Shown here: positions 53,579 through 62,610 of the stretch, piece by piece | Numbering within the stretch: the first letter of the stretch is position 1 | How the letters are laid out: each line of letters starts with the position of its first letter | Source: an uncultured bacterium | GTDB lineage: Bacteria; Cyanobacteriota; Vampirovibrionia; Gastranaerophilales; Gastranaerophilaceae | NCBI GenBank assembly: GCA_902780525.1 | Contig: CACZFL010000006.1 | Span: 96,650-160,649 of the forward strand | DNA: 64,000 nt | Direction: 5' to 3' | Notes under the pieces: model-generated | Seen by the model: only the letters and a program-made list of their open reading frames with translations | Database searches by the model: none | What the model was told of the DNA's origin: nothing | Made by a program: the position numbers and the translations under genes

Positions 53579-53926
53579 ATGGCAGTACCAAAGAAAAGAA
53601 CAGGGCACAGTGCTCAGGGAAAAAGAAGATCAAATTGGAAGGCTACAAAGCCAACTTTAACAAAATGTCCTAACTGCGGACAGCCGGTTTTGGCTCACAC
53701 AGTTTGTACAGCTTGCGGAACATACAAAGGAAAACCAGTAAGACTTAAAGATCAGACTGCAGCTGCTGCGGCAGAAGTTAAAGAAACAAAGAAACCCAGA
53801 AAATCAACAAAGAAAGCTAAAGCTGAAGCTCCTGAAAAAGAAGCTCCAAAAGCTGAAGAAGCAGTTGTAGAAGAAGCAAAAGCTGAAGAAGTTAAAGAAG
53901 AAACTTCTGAAGAAAAAGCAGAATAA
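53579..53926 (+). CDS. rpmF: 50S ribosomal protein L32 with a long Lys/Ala/Glu-rich C-terminal extension
   Basis: MAVPKKRTGHSAQGKRRSNWK...CPNCGQ...CTACGTYKG is a canonical zinc-ribbon L32 core (about 57 aa). It is followed by about 58 extra residues. Confidence 0.93.
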   Translation: MAVPKKRTGHSAQGKRRSNWKATKPTLTKCPNCGQPVLAHTVCTACGTYKGKPVRLKDQTAAAAAEVKETKKPRKSTKKAKAEAPEKEAPKAEEAVVEEAKAEEVKEETSEEKAE

Positions 53927-53930
53927 TTAA

Positions 53931-53996
53931 TTGTGAATCGTAAATAGTGAGCCGTGAATCGTAGTTATAAACCGATTCACGTTTCACGACTCACGC
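53931..53996. repeat. cluster of direct and inverted CGTGA(A/G)TCG repeats
   Basis: GTGAATCG (53933), GTGAGCCG (53947) and CGTGAATCG (53953) are forward copies. CGATTCACG (53973) and CGACTCACG (53987) are inverted copies. There is no U tract. Confidence 0.6.
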
Positions 53997-54021
53997 ATAA
54001 CGAAAAAGGGGATAGAGTTTA

Positions 54022-55077
54022 ATGACAAGAATAGCTATAGATGCAATGGGAGGAGATCACGCACCTTTTGAAATAGTAGCAGGTGCTGTTTGGGCTGCTG
54101 CAGAATACGGTGTGGCTCTTGAGTTAGTCGGCAAACAAGACCAGATAGAAGAATGTCTTGACAGAATTCAGGAACAAGGATTCTTATCGCCATGCGGAAA
54201 AGCAGGCAGAAGCAGAAGAATAAGAGTTGATGTAAAATCTTTGGACATAAAGATTACTCACGCATCTGAAATTATAGAAATGGGTGAGGCTCCGGGTCAG
54301 GCGATTCGTAAAAAGAAAAATTCTTCCATTGTGCTTACTGTTAACTCAGTTGCAACAGGAAGCTCCGAAGCCCTTGTTGCCGCAGGTTCAACAGGTGCAG
54401 CTATGGCTGCCAGTTTGTTTGGCTTGGGAAGAATTCCGGGAATCGACAGACCTGCTATTGCGGTAACCCTTCCTACTATGAAAAAGCCCGTTGTTGTAAT
54501 CGATGGCGGTGCAAACTCAAATTGTACACCCCAAATGTTAAGACAATTTGCAATTATGGGAAGAATTTTTGCAAAGAACGTATTGGATATTGATAATCCG
54601 AAAACAGGTGTTGTAAATATCGGTGAGGAAGCTGGCAAAGGTAATGAGCTTGCTCAGAACGTTTACACAATGCTTGAAGAAGAAAAAGAAAAATTTAATT
54701 TCATTGGTAATATTGAAGGCAGAGAACTATTCTTAAACCACTGTGACGTTGTTGTTTGCGACGGCTTTGTAGGTAACGTTGTACTTAAGGTTACAGAAGG
54801 CACAGCTTCAATGTTATTCAAGATGATTAAGAGCGAATTTAAAGCAGACTTCTTGGGTATGATTATTGGTTGGTTAGCAAAACCGTTCTTAAGAAGAATT
54901 TATGAAAAAATTAATTATGAAGAATTTGGCGGCATGCTTCTTTTGGGTGTTAAAGGTATTACAGTTATATCCCACGGCAGAAGTAAAGCATACGCAATCA
55001 AAAATGCAGTTCGTGTAGCTAAGGAAGCTGTTGAAACCCAGGTTAACCAAAAAATTGCCGAAAGTATTGAGGGGTAA
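54022..55077 (+). CDS. plsX: phosphate acyltransferase PlsX
   Basis: 351 aa. IAIDAMGGDHAP N-terminus and full-length resemblance to PlsX. Confidence 0.96.
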   Translation: MTRIAIDAMGGDHAPFEIVAGAVWAAAEYGVALELVGKQDQIEECLDRIQEQGFLSPCGKAGRSRRIRVDVKSLDIKITHASEIIEMGEAPGQAIRKKKNSSIVLTVNSVATGSSEALVAAGSTGAAMAASLFGLGRIPGIDRPAIAVTLPTMKKPVVVIDGGANSNCTPQMLRQFAIMGRIFAKNVLDIDNPKTGVVNIGEEAGKGNELAQNVYTMLEEEKEKFNFIGNIEGRELFLNHCDVVVCDGFVGNVVLKVTEGTASMLFKMIKSEFKADFLGMIIGWLAKPFLRRIYEKINYEEFGGMLLLGVKGITVISHGRSKAYAIKNAVRVAKEAVETQVNQKIAESIEG

Positions 55078-55106
55078 ATATTAACATAACCTAAGAATAA
55101 TTTATA

Positions 55107-55143
55107 AAAGAAAGAAGTCTGACAATATTAGACTTCTTTCTTT
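55107..55143 (+). terminator. perfect 14-bp hairpin between plsX and fabH (terminator or attenuator candidate)
   Basis: AAAGAAAGAAGTCT, 9-nt loop, AGACTTCTTTCTTT. The 3' arm is U-rich and is followed by TATGTTAT. An extended -10 TGTTATAAT (55145-55153) follows directly. Confidence 0.45.
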
Positions 55144-55183
55144 ATGTTATAATTAAGAAAAAGATTTTAAGAGGGAAGTATTA

Positions 55184-56197
55184 ATGGGGAATAATTTTAT
55201 ACCGTTAAAAATAGCAGGAATAGGATATTCGGTACCAAAAACGGTAATTACAAATGACGATTTAACAAAATTATATGATACATCTGATGAATGGATTTAT
55301 TCAAGAACAGGTATTAAAGAACGCAGAGTTGTTACAGGAAATGAAACAGCTATTGATTTAGGTTTTGATGCAGCAAAACATGCTGTTGAAAAATCAGGAA
55401 TTGATGTAAATGATATTGACTGTATAATCTCGGCAGCTTCCGTTCCGCCTCAATTGTATCCTACATTAGCTTGTACATTACAGACAAAACTCGGAATAAC
55501 AAAAACTATTCCGGCTTTTGATATGACAGCAGCATGCTCAGGTTTAATTTATGCATTGCAGGTTGCAAGAGGAATGATAGGAACAGGTATTTACAAAAAC
55601 ATTCTTATAGTTGCAGCCGACAATAACTCAAGAATTACAAACTGGGAAGACAGAGGAACATCAATTTTATTTGGTGACGGCGCAGGAGCAATGGTTGTAA
55701 CTGCTTCAGAAGACGGGATTGATGATATTTTATCATTAAATATCAGTGCAGATGGTTCAATAGGACAAATGATTTATACAAACATGCCTGCTCATAACTG
55801 CCCGCTTGTTGAACAGGCTGATACAGTCGGTGACGGTTTAATTCACATGAACGGAAAAGAAGTTTATAAATTTGCTGTTACTACAGTTCCTTCTTACGTT
55901 GTTGATTGTATATCAAAATCAGGCATGACCGCTGATGAAATTGATTATCTTATACCTCATCAGGCTAATCAGAGAATTATTGAGTCTATCCAAAACAGAC
56001 TAAAATATTCTGATGATAAAGTTATTTCAAATATCAAATATTACGGAAATACCTCTGCTGCATCTATTCCGATAGCACTTGTTGAAGGTGTTGAACAAGG
56101 TAAAATAAAACTTCCGTCAACTGCGGTTCTTTGCGGATTTGGTGCAGGCATGACCTGGGGTGCAGCTGTTGTAAGACTTCGTGAAGGTGTTTGTTAA
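55184..56197 (+). CDS. fabH: 3-oxoacyl-ACP synthase III
   Basis: 337 aa. Active-site Cys in DMTAACSG, and His/Asn in the PHQAN and GNTSAAS contexts. Confidence 0.95.
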   Translation: MGNNFIPLKIAGIGYSVPKTVITNDDLTKLYDTSDEWIYSRTGIKERRVVTGNETAIDLGFDAAKHAVEKSGIDVNDIDCIISAASVPPQLYPTLACTLQTKLGITKTIPAFDMTAACSGLIYALQVARGMIGTGIYKNILIVAADNNSRITNWEDRGTSILFGDGAGAMVVTASEDGIDDILSLNISADGSIGQMIYTNMPAHNCPLVEQADTVGDGLIHMNGKEVYKFAVTTVPSYVVDCISKSGMTADEIDYLIPHQANQRIIESIQNRLKYSDDKVISNIKYYGNTSAASIPIALVEGVEQGKIKLPSTAVLCGFGAGMTWGAAVVRLREGVC

Positions 56198-56212
56198 AAA
56201 AGAGGTACTGAC

Positions 56213-56458
56213 ATGCCTATAAGAAATAGAGTAGCATTGTTTGGCGCAGGAAGAATAGGCAGGATGCTGTATGCTGGTGCAGCTGCTTTAAGTGTTGCAG
56301 AAACAAAACAGAAAGAATCTGTTTTTGATTCAGATATGTTGTTAAAAATTCTTGAACCTGCAGACTATACTTCACTTGTAAAAGCATATAGAAACGTACA
56401 AAGAAGATATTATCCCGAAAAAGATTTATTGATTAAAAAAGAAAAAGGAGAATTATAA
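56213..56458 (+). CDS. small hypothetical protein inside the fab cluster
   Basis: 81 aa. AAGAGGT SD 7 nt upstream. The N-terminal FGAGRIG resembles a Rossmann GxGxxG turn, but the protein is far too short for a dehydrogenase. Confidence 0.5.
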   Translation: MPIRNRVALFGAGRIGRMLYAGAAALSVAETKQKESVFDSDMLLKILEPADYTSLVKAYRNVQRRYYPEKDLLIKKEKGEL

Positions 56459-56459
56459 T

Positions 56460-57404
56460 ATGAAGAAAATCGCATTCTTGTTCCCGGGACAGGGTTCACA
56501 ATCAGTCGGTATGGGAAAAGATATTTATGAAAATTACGAAGCTGCAAGAAATATATATGATACTGCAGATAAAACATTGGGTAAAAGCGTAACAAAACTT
56601 TGTTTTGAAGGTCCGGAAGAAGATTTAAAACAGACCGTTAATACTCAACCATGTATTGTTACAACATCAATAGCTTTAATGGAAGCGCTTAGGACTGAGT
56701 TGAATATTTGCCCCGATTATACAGCAGGACATTCTTTGGGTGAATATAGTGCAATGTTTACAGCGGGTGTAATGAGTTTAGAAACAACTCTTAGACTTAT
56801 CCAAAAAAGAGCAGACCTTATGGGAACAACCAAGGGTGGAAGCATGGCTGCAGTTCTTAACGCAAGTGAAGATGTTTTGAAGGCAGGTTTGGAAGAAGGC
56901 TCTAAGGTTGGTTACGTTGATGTTGCCAACTACAACTCTCCTGCCCAGGTAGTAATAACAGGAGATGAAAGTGCAGTTAAAGCTGCAGGCGATTATATTC
57001 TTGCAAACGGTGCAAGAAGAGTTGTTCCGCTTCCTGTTTCCGGAGCATTCCATTCTAAGTTTATGCAGGAGGCAGGTGCAATTTTTGGTGAATATATAGA
57101 AGATGCTGATTTGAACGATTCTTCAATACCTGTTATTACAAATGTTGACGCAGAGCTTACAACAAGCGCAGAAGACTTTAGAGCAAAAATGCCAAAGCAA
57201 ATTTATTCTTCCGTTTACTGGACTCAAACTGTTCAGAAAATGGTTGAAGAAGGCGTTGATACATTTATTGAAATCGGGCCGGGAAAGGTTCTCGCAGGGC
57301 TAAATAAGAAAATTGCTCCGGAAGCAAGTGTTTATAACGTGTTCGATAAAGAATCTTTAGAAAGTACCATTGCTGCTTTAAAAGAACAAATGATTGAAGC
57401 ATAA
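56460..57404 (+). CDS. fabD: ACP S-malonyltransferase
   Basis: 314 aa. FPGQGSQ, GHSLGEYSA and the AFHS region. Confidence 0.96.
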   Translation: MKKIAFLFPGQGSQSVGMGKDIYENYEAARNIYDTADKTLGKSVTKLCFEGPEEDLKQTVNTQPCIVTTSIALMEALRTELNICPDYTAGHSLGEYSAMFTAGVMSLETTLRLIQKRADLMGTTKGGSMAAVLNASEDVLKAGLEEGSKVGYVDVANYNSPAQVVITGDESAVKAAGDYILANGARRVVPLPVSGAFHSKFMQEAGAIFGEYIEDADLNDSSIPVITNVDAELTTSAEDFRAKMPKQIYSSVYWTQTVQKMVEEGVDTFIEIGPGKVLAGLNKKIAPEASVYNVFDKESLESTIAALKEQMIEA

Positions 57405-57432
57405 GGGTAAAATATAAAGGGGTAATATCAGA

Positions 57433-57927
57433 TTGAAAATAAAATTATCCTTAATATCATTGGTATTGATACTTTGTGTGACTTCGGTTTTTGCTGTTAC
57501 ACGAAATAGTTATACGCATTACGGCAAACATATTATGCCGACGTACTTTGACCCGTACTTTATTGATGATTTGGAACACTGTGCTCCAAACTGGTATGTT
57601 GACTGGACAGGAACATACAAATATATAATTGAAGGAAAAGATGATAAAGGAATATGCAAGTACAAAACCCAGTATAATCAATGGTTGTCGAGAAAAGTAA
57701 ACGAATGGCAGGATTATAAAACTTGCGAGTTTGATGAGGCAAAACTCAAAGAACTTTCAAATGCTTTAAGAGAACATTCCGGACAGATTAAATCATACAG
57801 AATGGGGTACATGTACCAAACAACCGGAACAAAAGTTGAATATCTTGTGTATTCTTATGAATACTACGGGGCATGCAAATTTGTCTGGACAGGAAAAAGA
57901 AGAACAAAAATAGACAATTACCCCTAG
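57433..57927 (+). CDS. secreted hypothetical protein inside the fab cluster
   Basis: 164 aa with a TTG start and AAGGGG SD-like sequence 9 nt upstream. Signal peptide MKIKLSLISLVLILCVTSVFA. Aromatic- and Cys-containing mature part. Confidence 0.6.
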   Translation: MKIKLSLISLVLILCVTSVFAVTRNSYTHYGKHIMPTYFDPYFIDDLEHCAPNWYVDWTGTYKYIIEGKDDKGICKYKTQYNQWLSRKVNEWQDYKTCEFDEAKLKELSNALREHSGQIKSYRMGYMYQTTGTKVEYLVYSYEYYGACKFVWTGKRRTKIDNYP

Positions 57928-58044
57928 GGGTGAATATATAAATATTATTTGCCCATCCATAGTTTTATGGTAAAATTAGGGTGTTGGGATAGAGAAATGT
58001 AGATAGGGGATTCCCCTCAATAATAAGAATAAGGAGAAAGATTA

Positions 58045-58776
58045 ATGAGTGAAAGAAAAATTGCTTTGATTACAGGCGGTTCAAGAGGCATTGGCTTCAG
58101 CTGTGCAAAAGAACTTGCAGCTTCAGGATGTGATATCATTATTAACGATATTTGTGACCCTGAAAAAGCTCAGTCGGCTATTGACGAAATCAAAGCTATC
58201 GGAGTAAATGCATGGTTTTATCAATTTGATGTATCAAACGATGAACAGGTTCAGGCTGCTGTTGAAAAAATGATAGCTGAGCATGGCAAAATTGACATCC
58301 TTTTGAACAATGCCGGTATTACAAAAGATTGTTTGTTTGTAAGAATGGATGCTGAACAATGGGAAAGAGTTATCAAGATTAACCTCGGTTCTGCTTACTA
58401 TGTTACTCACGCAGTAATTAAGCACATGATGAAGGCTCGTCAGGGTTCAATTATCAACATGTCTTCTGTTGTAGGTCTTCACGGTAACGCAGGTCAGGCA
58501 AACTATTCTGCTTCAAAAGCAGGTCTTATCGGTTTGACAAAAACTCTTGCAAAAGAATTCGGTTCAAGAAACATTAGAGTAAACGCTGTATGCCCTGGCT
58601 TTATCCAAACGGCCATGACTGCTGATTTGGGTAACACAGACGAATACATGAAGTTAATTCCGATGAGAAGACTCGGAACTCCTGAAGATATTGCTAAAGT
58701 TGTTAAATTCTTAGCTCTTGATACAGACTATGTAACAGGTCAGGCTATCGAAGTATCAGGCGGATTGATTATTTAA
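58045..58776 (+). CDS. fabG: 3-oxoacyl-ACP reductase
   Basis: 243 aa. TGGSRGIG, NNAG, and the Y...K catalytic motif (YSASKAG). Confidence 0.95.
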   Translation: MSERKIALITGGSRGIGFSCAKELAASGCDIIINDICDPEKAQSAIDEIKAIGVNAWFYQFDVSNDEQVQAAVEKMIAEHGKIDILLNNAGITKDCLFVRMDAEQWERVIKINLGSAYYVTHAVIKHMMKARQGSIINMSSVVGLHGNAGQANYSASKAGLIGLTKTLAKEFGSRNIRVNAVCPGFIQTAMTADLGNTDEYMKLIPMRRLGTPEDIAKVVKFLALDTDYVTGQAIEVSGGLII

Positions 58777-58874
58777 CGAACTGTAACAATTTTGTTACTT
58801 TATTGCAAAATATTCTTTAACAAGTATAATTTAAGTTGAAAAGTGTATTACACATAAATAAGAGGATAAAAAAG

Positions 58875-59105
58875 ATGAGTACATTAGACAAAGTAAAAAA
58901 AGTTGTAGTAGATCAATTAAGCTGTGATGAATCATTAGTTACTCCTGAAGCTAGCTTTACTGCTGATTTAGGTGCTGATTCTTTAGATACAGTTGAATTA
59001 GTTATGGCTTTCGAAGAAGAATTCGGTTGTGAAATTCCTGATGAAGAAGCTGAAAAAATTCAAACTGTTCAAGATGCAGTTAACTACATCGAAGCTCACT
59101 CATAA
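58875..59105 (+). CDS. acpP: acyl carrier protein
   Basis: The track ORF begins at a TTG at 58836. AAGAGGA plus ATG at 58875 gives a 76-aa ACP with the phosphopantetheine site [14 protein letters not shown]. Confidence 0.95.
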   Translation: MSTLDKVKKVVVDQLSCDESLVTPEASFTADLGADSLDTVELVMAFEEEFGCEIPDEEAEKIQTVQDAVNYIEAHS

Positions 59106-59129
59106 TTGATATTGCGAGTATAAAGTTTT

Positions 59130-59171
59130 AAAGCGGGTGGAGGTGCAACACTTTCACTCGCTTTCATTTTT
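59130..59171 (+). terminator. strand-specific hairpin plus U tract after acpP (terminator or attenuator)
   Basis: AAAGCGGGTGGAGGTG-CAA-CACTTTCACTCGCTTT forms a 16-bp stem that needs three G-U pairs, so it folds only as plus-strand RNA. It is followed by CATTTTT. Confidence 0.6.
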
Positions 59172-59186
59172 AAGAGGTATAAATAG

Positions 59187-60440
59187 ATGACAAAAAGAAG
59201 AGTAGTTATTACAGGCATGGGTGCAGTTACTCCATGCGGTATAGGTTTAAAAAACTTTTGGAATTCAATGATAAATGGTAAAAGCGGTGTTTCAACATTT
59301 GAAGCAATCCCGACAGAAGGTCATGCTGTTACCATTGCGGCTGAAATCAAAGCAAAAGATTTCAATCCTGAAGATTATATTGAACCAAAAGAAGCTAAAA
59401 GAATGGATAGGTTCACTCAGTTTGCAATAGTTGCAGCTGATGAAGCTATTGCTGATTCAGGTATAGATGAAGCAAATATTGACCCATATAGAATCGGTGT
59501 TATTGTTAGTTCGGCAGCAGGCGGTTTTAAAACTTTTGAGCAAAATCACCTGAAAATGATGAACTTTGGTCCTACAAAAGGTTCTCCATTTACTGTTCCT
59601 ATGCTGATTGTTGACATTGCTTCAGGCAGAATCTCTATCAGACACGGATATAAAGGCCTGAACAAAGTTGTATGTTCAGCGTGTGCAACTGGTACACACT
59701 CTGTAGGTGATGCTTTCAGAAGCATTCAGTATGGTGATGCTGATGTTGTGGTAGCAGGCGGTTGTGAAGCTACTATTACAACGCTGGGTGTCGGTGCATT
59801 TACTGCATGCCGTGCTTTATCAAAGAGAAATGATGAACCTGAAAAAGCATCAAGACCTTATGACAAAGACCGTGACGGTTTTGTAATGGGTGAGGGCGCA
59901 GGCGTTCTTGTTCTTGAAGAATATGAGCACGCTAAAGCCAGAGGTGCTAAAATTTATGCAGAAGTAGTAGGATATGGTCAATCAGCAGATGCTCACGATA
60001 TCGTTGCTCCTGACCCGGAAGGAAAAGGTGCATTAAAATCAATGGAATTTGCTCTGAACGATGCAGGTCTTAAACCGGAAGAAATTGATTATATCAATCC
60101 TCACGGAACAAGTACTGGTTTGGGGGATATAGCAGAATCTCAGGCAATTGCTCAAATCTTTGGCGATAAAGAACAAAATCCTAATCTGTTAGTTAGCTCA
60201 ACTAAGAGTATGCATGGTCACATGCTTGGTGCAACAGGTGCTGTTGAAGCTATTGTTTGTGCAAAGGTTATTGAAGAAGGCATTGTTCCTCCTACAATTA
60301 ACCTTGATAATCAGGATGAACATGTTGCTAATCTTGATTATGTTCCGCATAAAGCAAGAAAAGCAGAAGTTAAAGCAGCGCTTTCAAATTCCTTTGGATT
60401 TGGCGGACATAACGCAACATTGATATTCAAGGCAGTATAA
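59187..60440 (+). CDS. fabF: 3-oxoacyl-ACP synthase II
   Basis: 417 aa. Active-site Cys (SACATG), His-His (HGTST, HMLGATG) and the C-terminal GFGGHNATL. Confidence 0.96.
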   Translation: MTKRRVVITGMGAVTPCGIGLKNFWNSMINGKSGVSTFEAIPTEGHAVTIAAEIKAKDFNPEDYIEPKEAKRMDRFTQFAIVAADEAIADSGIDEANIDPYRIGVIVSSAAGGFKTFEQNHLKMMNFGPTKGSPFTVPMLIVDIASGRISIRHGYKGLNKVVCSACATGTHSVGDAFRSIQYGDADVVVAGGCEATITTLGVGAFTACRALSKRNDEPEKASRPYDKDRDGFVMGEGAGVLVLEEYEHAKARGAKIYAEVVGYGQSADAHDIVAPDPEGKGALKSMEFALNDAGLKPEEIDYINPHGTSTGLGDIAESQAIAQIFGDKEQNPNLLVSSTKSMHGHMLGATGAVEAIVCAKVIEEGIVPPTINLDNQDEHVANLDYVPHKARKAEVKAALSNSFGFGGHNATLIFKAV

Positions 60441-60457
60441 AATTAATACTATAATAA

Positions 60458-60491
60458 AGAGGCGGTTTGCAAAACAAACCGCCTCTTTTTA
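60458..60491 (+). terminator. intrinsic terminator after fabF
   Basis: AGAGGCGGTTTG-CAAAA-CAAACCGCCTCT followed by T5. Confidence 0.85.
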
Positions 60492-60571
60492 AATTGTTTT
60501 TATAATATACACATACACATATCTAGCGATATATTTATTATATGTGATAAAACATGTTTGTCAATTCAAAT

Positions 60572-60600
60572 TATACAAAAGGATGTATTAAGGTTATAAT
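60572..60600 (+). promoter_or_regulatory. promoter candidate placing the TSS at or next to the uvrB ATG
   Basis: TATACA-N17-TATAAT. Only 6 nt (AATTGT) separate the -10 from the ATG at 60607, and there is no SD. Confidence 0.4.
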
Positions 60601-60606
60601 AATTGT

Positions 60607-62589
60607 ATGGAAAAAAAGTTTGAGATATGTTCCAAATATAAACCTGCAGGCGACCAGCCAAAGGCAATAGAGCAGCTTGTTGAAGGGGTAAACAGGGGTG
60701 ATGATACGCAAACTCTTTTAGGTATTACAGGCTCAGGGAAAACGTTTACCATTGCCAATGTTATTGAGCGTGTACAAAAACCTACGCTTATTATAGCGCA
60801 CAACAAAACTCTTGCAGCACAGCTTTATAATGAGTTTAAAGAACTTTTTCCGAATAATGCGGTTGAATATTTTATCTCATACTATGACTATTATCAGCCT
60901 GAAGCGTATATTCCAAGAACGGATACTTACATAGAAAAATCGGCAAGCATTAATGACGAAATAGACCGTTTAAGGCATAATACTACCAGAAGTCTTTATG
61001 AAAGAAATGACGTAATTATTGTTGCATCCGTCAGTTGTATTTACGGTTTGGGACTTCCTGAAAGTTATTTTAAAGGCACTATTAAAATCTCAGTCGGCGA
61101 TCAGTTAGAGCGAAACGACTTAATTAAACACCTTGTTATGACTCGTTATACAAGAAATGATCTGGAGCTTGAGCGCTCAACATTCAGAGCCAGAGGTGAC
61201 ATTTTAGAGATAATGCCTGCTTATGAAAAGATTGTTACACGTATTTACTTCTTCGGTGATGAAATTGAAAAAATAGTAAGAATAGATCATCTTACAGGCG
61301 AAATTCTTGAAGCTCCTGAATCTGTTTACATTTATCCCGCAGTTCACTACATAGCGTATGATGAAAACGAAGAAGAAACGCTTGATATGATTAGAACAGA
61401 GCTTCGTAACAGGGTGAATGAACTCGAAGCTGAGAATAAAATACTTGAATCCCAAAGACTCCAGCAGAGAGTTAAGTATGATATGGAAATGATAAAAGAG
61501 ATGGGTTACTGTTCAGGGATTGAAAACTATTCAAGAATAATTGAACGCAGACCCGTCGGTTCAGCTCCTGCAACGCTATTGGATTATTTCAGGGGTGAAT
61601 TCCTTACCGTAATTGATGAATCCCACGTAACACTTCCGCAATTAAACGGAATGTATCATGGTGATGCTTCAAGAAAACAGGTTTTAGTTGATTTCGGGTT
61701 TAGACTTCCTTGTGCAAAGGATAACAGACCGCTTAAATGGGATGAGTTTTTCTCAAAAGTAGGTCAAAAAATTTATATCTCGGCTACTCCAGGAGATTTT
61801 GAAAAAGAAACTTCTTCACAGCTTGTTGAACAAATTATCCGTCCGACCGGACTAGTTGACCCGAAAATATCTGTTCGTCCGATTGAAACTCAAATATCAG
61901 ACCTGAAACAAGAAATCGCAAAACGTGCAAAGAAAGATGAACGTGTACTTATTACAACGCTTACAAAACGTATGGCGGAAGATTTGTGTGATTTCTTCCT
62001 TCAAGAGGGTATTCGTGTGAGATATCTGCACAGTGGAATAAAATCAATTGAACGTGTTGAAATTTTGCGTGATTTGAGATTAGGTGAGTTTGACGTTCTA
62101 ATTGGTGTAAACCTTTTAAGAGAAGGTTTAGACATACCTGAAGTTTCGCTAGTTGCAATTATGGACGCTGATAAAGAAGGATTTTTGCGTTCCGATACAA
62201 GCTTAATCCAGACTATCGGGCGTGCCGCACGTAATGCTTGCGGTGAAGTTATTATGTACGCAGATAAGATAACTGATTCTATGCAAAGAGCCATAGATGA
62301 AACAAACCGCCGTCGAGAAATACAGCTTGAACACAATAAAAAATACGGCATCATTCCGCAAACGATTAAGAAACCAATCGAAAATAATCTGCTCTCACTT
62401 GTTGCAAGCTATCGTGATTTTGAAGATATAGTTGCCGAAGAAATGGTTGATCTTGGTATTGATAAAAAAGATTTGCCTAAACTTATTTCAAAACTGGAAA
62501 AAGATATGCATAAAGCAGCCAAGATTCTTGATTTTGAACGAGCTGCAGAAATCCGCGACCAGCTCAAAAAACTACGAGAAATGGTCTAG
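60607..62589 (+). CDS. uvrB: excinuclease ABC subunit B
   Basis: 660 aa. F.L.S.Y.P.GDQP.AI N-terminus, GITGSGKT Walker A, helicase motifs, and the C-terminal UVR domain ([11 protein letters not shown]). Confidence 0.97.
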   Translation: MEKKFEICSKYKPAGDQPKAIEQLVEGVNRGDDTQTLLGITGSGKTFTIANVIERVQKPTLIIAHNKTLAAQLYNEFKELFPNNAVEYFISYYDYYQPEAYIPRTDTYIEKSASINDEIDRLRHNTTRSLYERNDVIIVASVSCIYGLGLPESYFKGTIKISVGDQLERNDLIKHLVMTRYTRNDLELERSTFRARGDILEIMPAYEKIVTRIYFFGDEIEKIVRIDHLTGEILEAPESVYIYPAVHYIAYDENEEETLDMIRTELRNRVNELEAENKILESQRLQQRVKYDMEMIKEMGYCSGIENYSRIIERRPVGSAPATLLDYFRGEFLTVIDESHVTLPQLNGMYHGDASRKQVLVDFGFRLPCAKDNRPLKWDEFFSKVGQKIYISATPGDFEKETSSQLVEQIIRPTGLVDPKISVRPIETQISDLKQEIAKRAKKDERVLITTLTKRMAEDLCDFFLQEGIRVRYLHSGIKSIERVEILRDLRLGEFDVLIGVNLLREGLDIPEVSLVAIMDADKEGFLRSDTSLIQTIGRAARNACGEVIMYADKITDSMQRAIDETNRRREIQLEHNKKYGIIPQTIKKPIENNLLSLVASYRDFEDIVAEEMVDLGIDKKDLPKLISKLEKDMHKAAKILDFERAAEIRDQLKKLREMV

Positions 62590-62610
62590 GGGGGGTAAAT
62601 GTTATTAATC

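Noticed and set aside
58836-58874. TTG-initiated 13-codon extension of acpP.
   Set aside because: AAGAGGA plus ATG at 58875 yields a canonical 76-aa ACP. The extension would add a basic tail that I do not recall seeing in ACPs.
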